Positions 9,057-19,014 of a stretch of DNA of 64,000 nucleotides are shown piece after piece. Numbering within the stretch: the first letter of the stretch is position 1; each line of letters begins with the position of its first letter. Under the pieces are notes generated by a model. That model saw only the letters and a program-made list of their open reading frames with translations. It was not told the DNA's origin and ran no database searches. Both the position numbers and the translations under genes were made by a program. Source of the DNA: Candidatus Eiseniibacteriota bacterium (GTDB lineage Bacteria > Eisenbacteria > RBG-16-71-46); the NCBI GenBank assembly GCA_963707915.1, contig OY970178.1, positions 3,008,001-3,072,000 of the forward strand. Direction: 5' to 3'.

Positions 9057-9839
9057 GTGCCTTCATCGCGTCGCAGACCTTGGGTCGTATCGTTGCTGCT
9101 GGCGATGGCGTTCGTCGCCTTCGCGGCGGGCGCGACCCGCTCCCAGCCCGTGAGCCCGGCCGAGCCCTCCCCCCTCCTCTCCGCCAGCGACGGCTGGTTC
9201 GCCGCCGCCGCTACCGTCGGCGTGGCGGCCTCCACGCTCGGGGACGAGTGGGCCTGGCGCGAGTCCCAGAAGTCGCGCAGCCCGGAGGTCCGGAGCTTCG
9301 CGCGCTTCACGCAGCGCCTGGGCGACCCGCGCGTCGTCGGGCCCGCGCTGCTGGCCGGTTACTTCACCGGGCGCATCGCCGGGCTGCCCGACATCTCGGC
9401 GGCCAGCGCCCGCGTCGCCGGTGCCACGCTCGGGGCGGCCGTGCTGTGCGCGGGGATCAAGCTGGCGGTGGGACGTGCCCGGCCGGACCTCGCGCCCGGC
9501 GACCCTGCCGACTTCCGGCCCTTCGGCCGCCTCGACGGGTCGTTCCCCTCGGGGCACACCACCATCGCCTTCGCCGCGGCCGCGGCGATCGACGAGGAGT
9601 CCCAGGCGCGCTGGGTGCCGTGGGTGGTCTACCCGGCCGCGACGGCCGTGGGCTGGGCCCGCGTGCACCAGGACCATCACTGGCTGAGCGACGTCACCGC
9701 GGGCGCTGCGCTCGGGTTCTGGGCCGGCCGCAAGGTGGACCGCATCGAGCGCGGCAGGGTGCGGCTCCTCGACCGCGCGAGCTTCCTGCTGACCGGTTCG
9801 CGCCGCAACTTCCGCCTGGGGTTCAAGACGCGCTTCTGA
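9057..9839 (+). CDS. PAP2-family phosphatase
   Basis: KLAVGRARP, SFPSGH and ARVHQDHHWLSDV motifs; GTG start after AGGAG; N-terminal signal/TM. Confidence 0.85.
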   Translation: MPSSRRRPWVVSLLLAMAFVAFAAGATRSQPVSPAEPSPLLSASDGWFAAAATVGVAASTLGDEWAWRESQKSRSPEVRSFARFTQRLGDPRVVGPALLAGYFTGRIAGLPDISAASARVAGATLGAAVLCAGIKLAVGRARPDLAPGDPADFRPFGRLDGSFPSGHTTIAFAAAAAIDEESQARWVPWVVYPAATAVGWARVHQDHHWLSDVTAGAALGFWAGRKVDRIERGRVRLLDRASFLLTGSRRNFRLGFKTRF

Positions 9840-9900
9840 GCGGGCCCGGCAGGGGAGGGGCGTCACCCGCGGGCGGCAGGCCGCCGGTCCGCCGGACCGG

Positions 9901-10779
9901 CTAGCGCGCCGCGGTCTCGTCCGTCGCCGGCGGGAAGGAACCGGCGCGCAGGAACTCCTCGATGATGCGCCGCAGCGACCCGGCGACGCGGTCCGCCACC
10001 TCGGTCACCTCGGAGTGGGCCAGCGGGCCCGCGGAGAGCCCGGTCGCGCGGTTGGTGATGCACGAGATGCTCGCGGCGTCGGTCCCCAGCTGGGCGGCCA
10101 GCATGACCTCGTGCACGGTGCTCATGCAGGCCACGTCCGCGCCCACGAAGGTCGCCATGCGCACCTCGGCGGCCGTCTCGTACGCGGGACCGAGCCCGCC
10201 CATCAGCACGCCGCGGTGCAGGTCCACGCCCACGCGCTGCGCCGCCGCGATCAGCGCTTCGCGCAGCCGCAGGCTGTAGTAGCCCCCCACCGGCCGGCCG
10301 GCCCGGCGCGCGACCAGTTCCCCGGGGGTGAAGATCCCGCGCTTGCCGATCGAGTTGACGTGGTCGATCGCGAGCATCAGGTCCCCGGGCCGGAAGGCGG
10401 GGTTCATCGCGCCCACGGCGTTGGTGAACAGCATCGTGCGGGCGCCCAGCGCGTGCATGACGCGCACCGCGAAGGTGACGCGGTCGAGCGTGTAGCCCTC
10501 GTAGCGATGGCTGCGGCCGGAGAGCGCGGCGACCGGCACGCCCTGCCAGTGACCGAGCGCCAGCCGCCCGGCGTGGCCGTGCACGGTCGAGCGCGGCCAG
10601 TGGGGCAGCTCGGCGGTGGGGAAGACGACCGCGTCGTCGAGCGCGTCCACCACGCCCCCCAGCCCCGAGCCGAGCGTGAGCCCGACGCGCGGCACCAGGC
10701 CGGTGCGCGCGCGGATGGCGCGCGTGGCGTCGGCGACGCGGGCGTCGAGGTCGTGCGAGGGCAGCAGGTCATCGATCAT
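9901..10779 (-). CDS. punA: Purine-nucleoside phosphorylase (trimeric, PunA/XapA type)
   Basis: LGSGLG, STVHGHAG, GRSHRYEG, TNAVG, GPAYETAAE, MSTVHE and SCITN motifs. Confidence 0.9.
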   Translation of the reverse strand: MIDDLLPSHDLDARVADATRAIRARTGLVPRVGLTLGSGLGGVVDALDDAVVFPTAELPHWPRSTVHGHAGRLALGHWQGVPVAALSGRSHRYEGYTLDRVTFAVRVMHALGARTMLFTNAVGAMNPAFRPGDLMLAIDHVNSIGKRGIFTPGELVARRAGRPVGGYYSLRLREALIAAAQRVGVDLHRGVLMGGLGPAYETAAEVRMATFVGADVACMSTVHEVMLAAQLGTDAASISCITNRATGLSAGPLAHSEVTEVADRVAGSLRRIIEEFLRAGSFPPATDETAAR

Positions 10780-10923
10780 GGGCGGGGATTATCCACGCGG
10801 AGGGCCTTCTCGGCAATGCGGGCCGGACCGGCCCGGAGGCCCGGCATCCGCCCGCGCGGCCGCGGCCGCCTGCGCCGTCCTGCTGCTCCCCGCAGCGGTG
10901 CTCCGGAAGCGGGGCGCCGCCGC

Positions 10924-11829
10924 CTAGTGCTCCTCGGGGTCGTACGGCACGCCGACGGCGCGCGGGGCCACCGCCCGGCCGATGAAGCCGGCCAGAGCCA
11001 GCATCGTGACCAGGTAGGGCATCATCTGCAGCAACTCGTTGGGGAAGCGCGAGCCCTGCAGCGTGATCTGCAGCGCCTCGGCGGCGCCGAACAGCAGGCA
11101 GGCCGCGGCCGCGCCGAACGGTGACCACTTGCCCACGATCATCGCGGCCAGCGCGATGTAGCCCCGGCCGCCGGTCATGCCGTCGGTGAACGAGTGCTGC
11201 TCGCTCGCCAGCCAGGCCCCGGCGAGCCCGGCCAGGGCGCCCGAGACCAGCACGCCGGCGGTGCGGTAGGCGTTCACCGAGAGCCCCAGCGTGGCCGCCG
11301 CCTCCGGCCGCTCGCCGATGCTGCGCAGGCGCAGCCCGAAGACCGAACGGAACAGCACCCACTGCGCGCCCAGCACGAGGGCCACGGTGATCAGCACCAG
11401 CGGCGTGGCGAGGACCGGTCCGACGCCGGGCAGGTCCGCGAGGCCCGCCAGGTCCCAGCTCGGCAGGCCCACCACGCGCGCGGAGTTGGACGAGGAGTGG
11501 AAGACCTGCGTGAGCACGAACTTGGTGAGCCCGGCGGCGAGCAGGTTGATCCCGAGGCCGCTGGTGATCTGGTCGGCGCGGGCCACGACCGTGACCAGCG
11601 CGTGCAGCGCCCCGGTCGCGATGCCGGCGGCCAGCGCTGCGGCCACGCCGGCCCAGGCGTTCCCGCTGAAGTAAGCCCCGAGCACGTAGGCGAGCGCCCC
11701 GTTCAGCATCATGCCCTCGATCGCGATGTTGACCACGCCGCCGCGCTCGTTGATGGACGCACCCAGGGCGGCGAGCGTGTACGGCACGCTGATGCGAAGC
11801 GTGGCGGCGAGGAACAGCAGCAGGATCAT
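10924..11829 (-). CDS. Nucleoside ABC transporter permease II (BPD_transp_2, YufQ/NupQ-like)
   Basis: ERGGVVNIAIEGMML, FGLRLRSIGERP, GRGYIALAAMIVGKW, PYLVT motifs. Confidence 0.9.
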   Translation of the reverse strand: MILLLFLAATLRISVPYTLAALGASINERGGVVNIAIEGMMLNGALAYVLGAYFSGNAWAGVAAALAAGIATGALHALVTVVARADQITSGLGINLLAAGLTKFVLTQVFHSSSNSARVVGLPSWDLAGLADLPGVGPVLATPLVLITVALVLGAQWVLFRSVFGLRLRSIGERPEAAATLGLSVNAYRTAGVLVSGALAGLAGAWLASEQHSFTDGMTGGRGYIALAAMIVGKWSPFGAAAACLLFGAAEALQITLQGSRFPNELLQMMPYLVTMLALAGFIGRAVAPRAVGVPYDPEEH

Positions 11830-11883
11830 GGCCGCAGTCCAGCACGGCGGGGGGGGGCGGTCAAGCGGGGTCGCGGTGGGCGG

Positions 11884-12345
11884 TCAGACGCGGGCCGCCA
11901 TCAACTCCTCGCTGATCAGCAGCGCGGCCTCGCGCACCGCGCACTCGACCGGGTACGAGATGCGCGTGCCGATGCCGAAGTCCGTCCCCTCGATGGCGAA
12001 GATGACCAGCGATGGCGGCAACTGGCCCAGCGAGCGCGCCAGCTCGACCGCCTCGGCCAGGCCCAGGCCGTGCGAGGAGCCGCGGAACAGCTCGACCCGC
12101 AGCGGGCCCCGCGTGGCGTCCAGGCGCCGCACCGTTCCGGCCGGCGAGCCCGAGGACATGGCGTCCACCACCACGACCACCGGCTCGTCCCGCCAGGCCT
12201 CGACCAGCTCCGCGGCGTTGCCGGCGCACTCGATCACCCGGGCCCGCGGCCACAGCAGCGCCCGCACCAGCCGCGCCGTGCGCACCCCCGCGGCGTCGTC
12301 GCACCGGCCCTCCTGGCCGACCCCGATCAGCAGCGGCGTGTCCGT
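11884..12345 (-). CDS. Hydrogenase maturation protease (HycI/HybD family); apparent ACG start
   Basis: LLIGVGQEGRCDDAAG, VVVVDA and SSHGLGLAEAVELAR motifs. The conserved N-terminus lies upstream of the ORF-track start (12285). GGAGG is 5 nt before ACG at 12345. Confidence 0.85.
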   Translation of the reverse strand, partial: TDTPLLIGVGQEGRCDDAAGVRTARLVRALLWPRARVIECAGNAAELVEAWRDEPVVVVVDAMSSGSPAGTVRRLDATRGPLRVELFRGSSHGLGLAEAVELARSLGQLPPSLVIFAIEGTDFGIGTRISYPVECAVREAALLISEELMAARV

Positions 12346-13668
12346 CTAGCCCTCCACCCGGCGCAGCTTCAGGAAGTGCGTCGCGCAGGAGATGCAGGGG
12401 TCGTAGTTGCGGATCGCCTGCTCGCACTGCCAGGTGAGCGTCGCGTCGTCCAGGTCGAGGCGGCGCTCGATGAACCGCCACAGGTCGTCCTCGATGGACC
12501 GCTGGTTCTGCGATGTCGGCGGGATGATCCGCGCCTCGGCGATGGCGCCGTCCGGCTCGATGCGATAGCGGTGGACCAGCAGCCCGCGCGGGGCCTCGGT
12601 CGCGCCCACGCCCGTAGCGGCGCGCGGCTCGACCGGCACCGCGGGCGCGGCCGGCGGCTCGTAGGCGGCGACGATGCGCAGCGCCTCCTCGACCGCCCAC
12701 AGGGTCTCGACCGAGCGCACCAGGATGGAGTGGAACGGGTTGCGGCACACCGGGCCGAGGCCGGCGTCGCGCGCGGCCTGCTGGGCGGCCGGCGTGAGCC
12801 GGTCGAAGTTGAGGCTGTAGCGGGCGAGCGGGCCGACCAGGTAGGGCGTCACCGCGCCGGGATCGCCCTCGCGCGGCGCCCGCTTCGCGCTCCGCAGCGC
12901 GTTCGAGTGCTCGGCGTGCTCCTCGACGAAGTGCCGCTCGTACTCGGACGCCGGGATCTCGAACCCCAGGCTCGAGCGGATCCGCCCCTCGTTGATCGGG
13001 TACTCGTCCGGGTGGCGCAGCGCGACGAACTCGTAGTCGCGCTCGAAGTCGGGAAACTCGAAGCCCTTCACCCACGCGAGCATGGCGAGGGCCTGCTCGC
13101 GGGCGCGCTCGAGGGGCTCGACCAGGGAACGCAGCTCGCGTCTCGCCGGCGCGCGGTAGAAGCCGCCCACGCGCACGTTGACCGGGTGGATCTCGCGCCC
13201 CCCGACCAGCGCCACGATGGCGTTGCCGGTCTTCTTGAGCGCCAGCCCGTTCGTCACCCGGGCGGCGTGGTCCTTCGCCATGTGCACGGCGCTCTCGTAG
13301 CCCAGGAAGTCCGGGGCGTGGAGCATCACCACGTGCAGGGCGTGGCTCTCGATCCACTCGCCGCAGTAGAGCAGGCGCCGCAGTTCGCGCAGCGGCCCGT
13401 CCACGGTCACGCCGCAGGCGGCCTCCATCGCGTGGGCGGAGCTCATCTGGTAGGCCACCGGGCAGATGCCGCAGATGCGGGCGGTGAGGTCGGGGGCCTC
13501 GGTGAACCGGCGGCCGCGCAGGAACGCCTCGAACAGGCGCGGCGGCTCGAAGATGCGGAACTTCACGTCGGCCACGCGGCCGTTGCGCACGCGCACTTCC
13601 AGCCCGCCCTCGCCCTCGACCCGGGCCAGCATCGCCACCTTGATGTTCCGGCTCTTACGGTCGCTCAT
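12346..13668 (-). CDS. hydA: Group 3b [NiFe]-hydrogenase (sulfhydrogenase) large/alpha subunit
   Basis: RVEGEG; L1 [15 protein letters not shown]2 DPCISCATH followed by a short cleavable tail. Confidence 0.93.
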   Translation of the reverse strand: MSDRKSRNIKVAMLARVEGEGGLEVRVRNGRVADVKFRIFEPPRLFEAFLRGRRFTEAPDLTARICGICPVAYQMSSAHAMEAACGVTVDGPLRELRRLLYCGEWIESHALHVVMLHAPDFLGYESAVHMAKDHAARVTNGLALKKTGNAIVALVGGREIHPVNVRVGGFYRAPARRELRSLVEPLERAREQALAMLAWVKGFEFPDFERDYEFVALRHPDEYPINEGRIRSSLGFEIPASEYERHFVEEHAEHSNALRSAKRAPREGDPGAVTPYLVGPLARYSLNFDRLTPAAQQAARDAGLGPVCRNPFHSILVRSVETLWAVEEALRIVAAYEPPAAPAVPVEPRAATGVGATEAPRGLLVHRYRIEPDGAIAEARIIPPTSQNQRSIEDDLWRFIERRLDLDDATLTWQCEQAIRNYDPCISCATHFLKLRRVEG

Positions 13669-14464
13669 GGGACTCGCTCGCGTCGTGCTCGTGCAGTTCG
13701 CTCGCCTTGCGGAACGCCTCGGCCCCGCAGGTGAAGGTGCGGAAGAGCCGCGCCAGGTCCCGGTGGGAGTGGCCGTGGCCCTCGAGCACCGCGCTCAGGG
13801 AGTCGGTGTTGGCGCTGCCGCGCAGGGGGCCGAAGCAGCCGTAGCAGCCGCGCCCGTAGGCGGGACACAGGGCCCCGCAGCCGGTGCGCGTCACCGGGCC
13901 GAGGCAGGCCTCGCCGCGCGCCACCGTCAGGCACACCACGCCGCGCCGCTTGCAGTCCATGCAGACTGCGTGGCTGGGCAGGAACGGGCGGCGCCTGCCG
14001 ACGAACGCCAGCACCACCTCGAGCAGCTGGTGCTTGTTCACCGGGCAGCCCTGCAGCTCGTAGTCCACCTTGACGTGGTGCGCGATGGGGGTCGAGGTCT
14101 TGAGCGTGTGGATCCAGTCCGGGGTGGCGTAGACCAGGGGCACCCAGCCGCCGACCTCGGTGAAGTTGCGCAGCGCCTGGATGCCGCCGGCGGTGGCGCA
14201 GGCGCCGATGCTGACCAGCACCTTCGAGATGCGGCGCACCGCGTGGATGCGCTCGGCGTCGTGCGGCGTGGTGATCGAGCCCTCGACCAGGGTCAGGTCG
14301 TAGGGGCCCTTCAGCACCGCCCGGGACGCCTCCGGGAAGTTGGCGATGTCCACGGCGCCGGCGACGGCGAGCAGTTCGTCCTCGCAATCGAGGATGCTCA
14401 GCTGGCAGCCGTCGCACGAGGCGAACTTGATGACGGCGAGACGGGGTTTGCGCGGGGCGGCCAC
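13655..14464 (-). CDS. hydD: Group 3b [NiFe]-hydrogenase small/delta subunit
   Basis: [24 protein letters not shown], and C-terminal [19 protein letters not shown]. Confidence 0.9.
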   Translation of the reverse strand: MAAPRKPRLAVIKFASCDGCQLSILDCEDELLAVAGAVDIANFPEASRAVLKGPYDLTLVEGSITTPHDAERIHAVRRISKVLVSIGACATAGGIQALRNFTEVGGWVPLVYATPDWIHTLKTSTPIAHHVKVDYELQGCPVNKHQLLEVVLAFVGRRRPFLPSHAVCMDCKRRGVVCLTVARGEACLGPVTRTGCGALCPAYGRGCYGCFGPLRGSANTDSLSAVLEGHGHSHRDLARLFRTFTCGAEAFRKASELHEHDASESHERP

Positions 14465-14465
14465 G

Positions 14466-15338
14466 TCACACCTCCCGGACGCCGAGCAGCGACGCCACCT
14501 GGTCGAAGCGGAACACCGGCCCGTCCTTGCAGACGAACAGCGGGCCGAACTGGCAGTGGCCGCAGAAGCCGACGCCGCACTTCATGTTCCGTTCCATCGA
14601 GACCCAGACGCTCTCCGCCGGGACGCCACGGCGCTCGAGCTCGCCCCGGGTGAAGTGCATCATCACCTCGGGGCCGCAGAGGAAGGCCACGCTGTTGGTC
14701 GGGTCGAACTGGGCCCGCGGGACCAGCGTGGTGACCACGCCGACGCGGCCGTGCCAGTCGGCCCCGGCGCGGTCCACGGTCACCTCGACGTTCACGTCGA
14801 AGCGACCGCGCCAGGTCTCGATCTCCTTGGCGAACAGGATGTCCTGCGGGCTGCGGGCGCCGAACAGCAGGTTCACGCGCCCGAAGCGCTCGCGGTGCCG
14901 GAGCATGTGGCACAGCGCCGGGCGCAGCGGCGCGAGCCCGATGCCGCCCGCCACCAGCACCACGTCGCGTCCTTCGGCCTCGCGCACCGGCCACGGCCGG
15001 CCGAAGGGGCCGCGCAGCCCGAGCACGTCGCCGCGCTTGAGGGTCCGCAGGGTCTTGGTCACCCGGCCGGCCGCGCGAATGGTGTGGACGACCTGCTCGA
15101 CCGTGCCCGCGCAGCCACTCATCGAGATGGCGGCCTCGCCCACGCCGGGCGCGTAGAGCATGTTGAACTGTCCCGCTTCGAATGCGAACGGCGGGCCCTT
15201 CTCGACGGGGGCCAGCGTCAGGGTGAAGGCGTCGTGGGTCTCGGGCTGGGTGCGGACGACGCGCCAGGGCGCCGGCTGCATCGGGTCCGTCGCCGTCACG
15301 GCATGGGTGGGGGCTGCGGCCGCGGCCCGCTCACTCAT
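14466..15338 (-). CDS. hydG: Group 3b hydrogenase gamma subunit (FAD/NAD(P)-binding, 2Fe-2S)
   Basis: [46 protein letters not shown]. Confidence 0.9.
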   Translation of the reverse strand: MSERAAAAAPTHAVTATDPMQPAPWRVVRTQPETHDAFTLTLAPVEKGPPFAFEAGQFNMLYAPGVGEAAISMSGCAGTVEQVVHTIRAAGRVTKTLRTLKRGDVLGLRGPFGRPWPVREAEGRDVVLVAGGIGLAPLRPALCHMLRHRERFGRVNLLFGARSPQDILFAKEIETWRGRFDVNVEVTVDRAGADWHGRVGVVTTLVPRAQFDPTNSVAFLCGPEVMMHFTRGELERRGVPAESVWVSMERNMKCGVGFCGHCQFGPLFVCKDGPVFRFDQVASLLGVREV

Positions 15339-15804
15339 GTTCGCCGTCGTGGTCGCCGTAGAGGTCGAGGAGCTGGATGCTCATCGCCTCGAGCCGGCGC
15401 AGGATGACCTGCGAGAAGCGCTGCATGAGCTCGTAGCCGAGCTCGGGATCGTTCGCGAACTTGCCCCGCAGGCACTTGCCGTCGAACGCCAGCACGCGCG
15501 TGGAGGTCACCGCGTGGACGTCGAAGCGCAGCTGGTAGGGCGGGATGAGCCACGACCAGCCGACGACGTCGTCGTCGCCGATGGTCTGGACCGTGAGCGG
15601 CCCGCGGCCGGGGGCGTGGATCTCGAGCGCCACGCGCCCCTGGCGGATGATCCAGAAGCGGTCGGCCGGCCCGCCGACCCGCCCCATGAACTCGCCGGCC
15701 TCGAAGCGCGCGTTCGCCGCGCAGCCGGTGATGACCTGGATGTGCTCGGGCTTCAGCCCCTTGAACAACGGCAGTCCCGAGACGATGGGCTCAAGCGTTT
15801 CCAC
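15331..15804 (-). CDS. Stand-alone cyclic-nucleotide-binding domain protein
   Basis: Crp-like cNMP fold ([27 protein letters not shown]) with no HTH; overlaps both neighbours. Confidence 0.85.
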   Translation of the reverse strand: METLEPIVSGLPLFKGLKPEHIQVITGCAANARFEAGEFMGRVGGPADRFWIIRQGRVALEIHAPGRGPLTVQTIGDDDVVGWSWLIPPYQLRFDVHAVTSTRVLAFDGKCLRGKFANDPELGYELMQRFSQVILRRLEAMSIQLLDLYGDHDGEHE

Positions 15805-16951
15805 GGGGTCCCTCCTTCCGACGTCCGCGCTGCCGCAGGGCGCGGGCCTCCTCGGTGATGTCGATCCCGGCCGGGCACCAGGTGATGCACCGGCCGCATC
15901 CGACGCAGCCCGACGAACCGAACTGCTCGTGCCAGGATCCGAGCTTGTGGGTGAGCCACTGGCGGTGGCGCGAGCGGATGGACGACCGCACGTTGCCGCC
16001 GTGGATGTAGGTGAAGTCGACCGAGTAGCAGGAGTCCCAGCGCCGGACCCGGCGGCTCAGCCCCGCCGCGAGATCGGTGAAGTCCTCGGTCGTGACGCAG
16101 AAGCAGGTCGGGCAGACCGACGTGCAGTTGCCGCACGCCAGGCAGCGCGCGGCGATCGTGTCCCAGTGCGGGTGCTCGGGGCTCTGCGCGAGCAGGGCGG
16201 GCAGCCCCTCGGTCTCGAGCGTGCGGCCCATGCCCGCGCGGGCGCGCTCCGGCGCCGCCTGCGCGGCGCGGGCCTCGGCCGCGGTGGCGGCCGCGCCCGG
16301 CAGGGCGGCGAGGAGCTCGGCGCCGCGCTCGCTGCCGGCCCCGGCCACGAACACGTGGCGTCCGTCCTCGAGCAGCTCGGTCAGGACCAGGTCGTGCCCC
16401 GAGCGGACCTCGGGGCCGGTGCCCAGCGAGGCGCAGAAGCAGGTGCGGCCCGCGCGGCCGCACTGCACCGCGATGAGCAGCGCCCCCTCGCGCCGCGCCC
16501 GGTAGACCGGGTCGGTCACGGTGCCGCCGAGCAGGACCCGGTCCTGGACCGCGATGGCCGCCAGGTCGCAGGCCCGCAGGCCGAAGAAGGCCAGCCGCAC
16601 GGGCTGCGGTGCGCGCTCCATCAGCTCCAGGGCCGGGCCCTTGCGCCGCGCGTCGAGCAGCGGGACCGTGGCGGGGTGCAGCGCTCCCTTGGGCGAGGCC
16701 GGTCCCACCGTCCAGTCGAACAGCGCCGCCCCGTCGGAGGGCGTCAGGCGGTAGCGCCCGGCCTCCTGCTCGTCGGTCCAGCCGGCGGGCAGGTCGGCGG
16801 GGGTCGAGAGCTCGTCCCAGGCGATGGCCCCGTCGCGGGCCACGGGTCCCATGACCGTGTAGCCCCGGGCGCGCAGGAGCTCGAAGAGTTGGTCCAGGTC
16901 CTTCCGCTCGATGGTCGTCTGCCGTGCTTCCGCTGCCGGGCGCTGTGGCAT
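15791..16951 (-). CDS. hydB: Group 3b hydrogenase beta subunit (4Fe-4S dicluster, AsrA-like)
   Basis: [50 protein letters not shown] at 16951 after GAGGG. Confidence 0.9.
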   Translation of the reverse strand: MPQRPAAEARQTTIERKDLDQLFELLRARGYTVMGPVARDGAIAWDELSTPADLPAGWTDEQEAGRYRLTPSDGAALFDWTVGPASPKGALHPATVPLLDARRKGPALELMERAPQPVRLAFFGLRACDLAAIAVQDRVLLGGTVTDPVYRARREGALLIAVQCGRAGRTCFCASLGTGPEVRSGHDLVLTELLEDGRHVFVAGAGSERGAELLAALPGAAATAAEARAAQAAPERARAGMGRTLETEGLPALLAQSPEHPHWDTIAARCLACGNCTSVCPTCFCVTTEDFTDLAAGLSRRVRRWDSCYSVDFTYIHGGNVRSSIRSRHRQWLTHKLGSWHEQFGSSGCVGCGRCITWCPAGIDITEEARALRQRGRRKEGPRGNA

Positions 16952-17040
16952 GGGTCCCTCGGAGAGCGTGCGGGGCAATACACCACCCCCCACGCAGGGA
17001 CTCCTGCCCCGCGCCGGGAAGCGGCCGAATCCGAAACAAA

Positions 17041-17055
17041 GGCACAACCTGTGCC
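17041..17055. promoter_or_regulatory. Palindrome GGCACA-acc-TGTGCC upstream of the hydrogenase operon (sigma54-like GG-N10-GC or operator)
   Basis: Perfect 6-bp dyad about 90 nt upstream of the hydB start; the minus strand reads CGGCACAGGTTGTGC. Confidence 0.4.
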
Positions 17056-17292
17056 GTTCGCCCGGCCGCCCGGCGGTTGCCCTGAAGGGGCGGCGGGCAT
17101 CCGCAAGTGGCGCTATTCCAACGGATGACGCGGGCGGAGCGCGGTGCCGGGACGCCGGAGCCGGGCGGGTCCTGACGCTCGTGGCCGCGCCGGGCGGCAG
17201 GGCATGACGGGGCTGACAGGCCGCGGGTTCGTGCTCGGTCGCTCCGGGGCGACCATCCCGAGCCCCGCCCGGTGGCGGTCGGGGTCCGCCGC

Positions 17293-19014
17293 TCAGGCCG
17301 GGTCGCTCGAGTCCGACGGGGGTTCCTCGAAGGCGCGTTCCGGCTTCACGCGCTTGCCGGTCTTCTCGGGCCGGGCGGGCCAGAACACGCTGGTCCCCGA
17401 GTCGGCGAGGATCAGGGCCAGGGCGACCGCCGGCAGGCTCGCCGCGCCGGGGTGGACGAGGTAGCGCGGCTCCCAGCGGGGGCCGAACTTGTCCTTGAAG
17501 TCGTGGACTCCCTTGAAGCTGTAGAAGCGGTTCACGTGTTCGTAGATGAATCCCAGGGCGCGCTCGACCGCCGGCGAGTCCGGGTGGCCGCCGACCAGCG
17601 CCAGGGCGCTGAGGCCGAGGTTGAAGGAGTCGTAGCCGCGTTCGCGCGCCCACCGGAACGTCTCGATGAACAGGAAGTCCATGGTGCCGCTCTCGGCGCT
17701 GCGCCGGTAGCGCATCAGGTCCAGGGTCACCTCGTTGCGCCGGTACTCGGTGACCAGGTTGGCGAATGCGCGGATGCCCCCCGCGGGGCTGATCACCGTC
17801 ATCACCGGGGCCGGCCGCAGGTAGTCCTCGTCGAACCAGCCCAGCGAGAAGCGCTTCTCGGTCCCGTGCATGGTGGCCAGCCACTCGTCGCTCACCTCGC
17901 GCAACTCGGCCATCAACGCCTCCTCGAGCGGCGGATCGAGGGCGATGGCGCGGGCCCCGGAGCGCTGGAGACGGCTCACCACGTTGCGTAGCCGCTTCAT
18001 CCCGCCGCCTTCGAGGCTGAAGGTCTTCAGGTCCACGATGGCCTCGTGCCCGATGCACAGGGCCTCCAGGCCGGCCGCCCGGTACTCGTCGAGCCGGTCG
18101 GGGAAGGTCTGGTAGAACGCCGGTCGCCAGTCGTTGCGGCCGCAGTACTCGACGAACCCGGCGATCGCCGCCGCGGCGTCCTGCGGCGGGCCGATGGGAT
18201 CGCCGAGGGACAGGGCCACGCGGTTCTTGACCACGAAGGCGACCACCGAGCCGCCCGGCGTGAAGTGGAACGACTTGTCGTCCATCAGCGCCAGGCGGGC
18301 GAGCGAGGAGCAGCCGTGGGCCTCGACGATCCGCAGGGCGCGCTCGCGCTCGGCGGCGGTCGCGGGGCGCCGCAGCAGCACGGGGCGGACGATCAGGAAC
18401 AGCGCCAGGCTGCCGCTCGCCAGGCTGACCCCGTAGATCGAGGCGGCGAACCAGCGGCCGAAGTGCGTGACCGGCTCGAGCCCGGGGTCGTAGAGCTGGG
18501 TGAACATCACCACGGTCTGGCGCAGCGCCGCCCCCAGGCCGAAGCTCACGCTGAAGTGGTGGTCGAGCAGGTAGAATCCGGTCACGCCGTAGAGCAGCGT
18601 GAACGCCAGCGCGCCCAGCAGCACCCACAGGCCCTGCCGCACCGAGGGCGGATCCGAGCGGGCCTGGAAGTGGTGCTGCTGCGTGAACAGGAAGGCCGCC
18701 AGCATGGCGGCCACGGCCGCCTCCTCGAAGTCGAGGCCCTTGACGACGTGGCTCGCCACCGAGACCACCAGCACGGCCTCGGTCAGCAGCCAGGCCGCGC
18801 GCTTGCGCCGCGCGAGGTTCACGGCCAGCAGCAGGAGCACGAACCCCGCCATCGCCGCGGTGAAGTGCCCGCCATGGCGCAGGAGCCGCGGGACCCAGGG
18901 CTCGACCAGCCGGAGCCGCGTCAGCTCCGAGGGCGTCACGCCCGACAGCAGGTTGATGAACCCCATCGCGGCGGTGAGCGCCGCCGCGGTCCGGACCGCG
19001 CCCCGGCCTCTCAC
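17293..19014 (-). CDS. mprF: Aminoacyl-phosphatidylglycerol synthase (MprF C-terminal part, DUF2156)
   Basis: KGLDFEEA, DDKSF, LGDPIGP, IGHEAIVDL, EKRFSLG, LDLMRY, MDFLF, FKDKFGPRWEPRYL; GTGA overlap with the upstream gene. Confidence 0.85.
   Translation of the reverse strand: MRGRGAVRTAAALTAAMGFINLLSGVTPSELTRLRLVEPWVPRLLRHGGHFTAAMAGFVLLLLAVNLARRKRAAWLLTEAVLVVSVASHVVKGLDFEEAAVAAMLAAFLFTQQHHFQARSDPPSVRQGLWVLLGALAFTLLYGVTGFYLLDHHFSVSFGLGAALRQTVVMFTQLYDPGLEPVTHFGRWFAASIYGVSLASGSLALFLIVRPVLLRRPATAAERERALRIVEAHGCSSLARLALMDDKSFHFTPGGSVVAFVVKNRVALSLGDPIGPPQDAAAAIAGFVEYCGRNDWRPAFYQTFPDRLDEYRAAGLEALCIGHEAIVDLKTFSLEGGGMKRLRNVVSRLQRSGARAIALDPPLEEALMAELREVSDEWLATMHGTEKRFSLGWFDEDYLRPAPVMTVISPAGGIRAFANLVTEYRRNEVTLDLMRYRRSAESGTMDFLFIETFRWARERGYDSFNLGLSALALVGGHPDSPAVERALGFIYEHVNRFYSFKGVHDFKDKFGPRWEPRYLVHPGAASLPAVALALILADSGTSVFWPARPEKTGKRVKPERAFEEPPSDSSDPA

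Noticed and set aside
12346..12348. Pyrrolysine or selenocysteine recoding at the hydA stop
   Set aside because: The codon is TAG (not Sec), no pyl genes are in the window, and hydA ends at its normal position. A start-codon variant or error is simpler.
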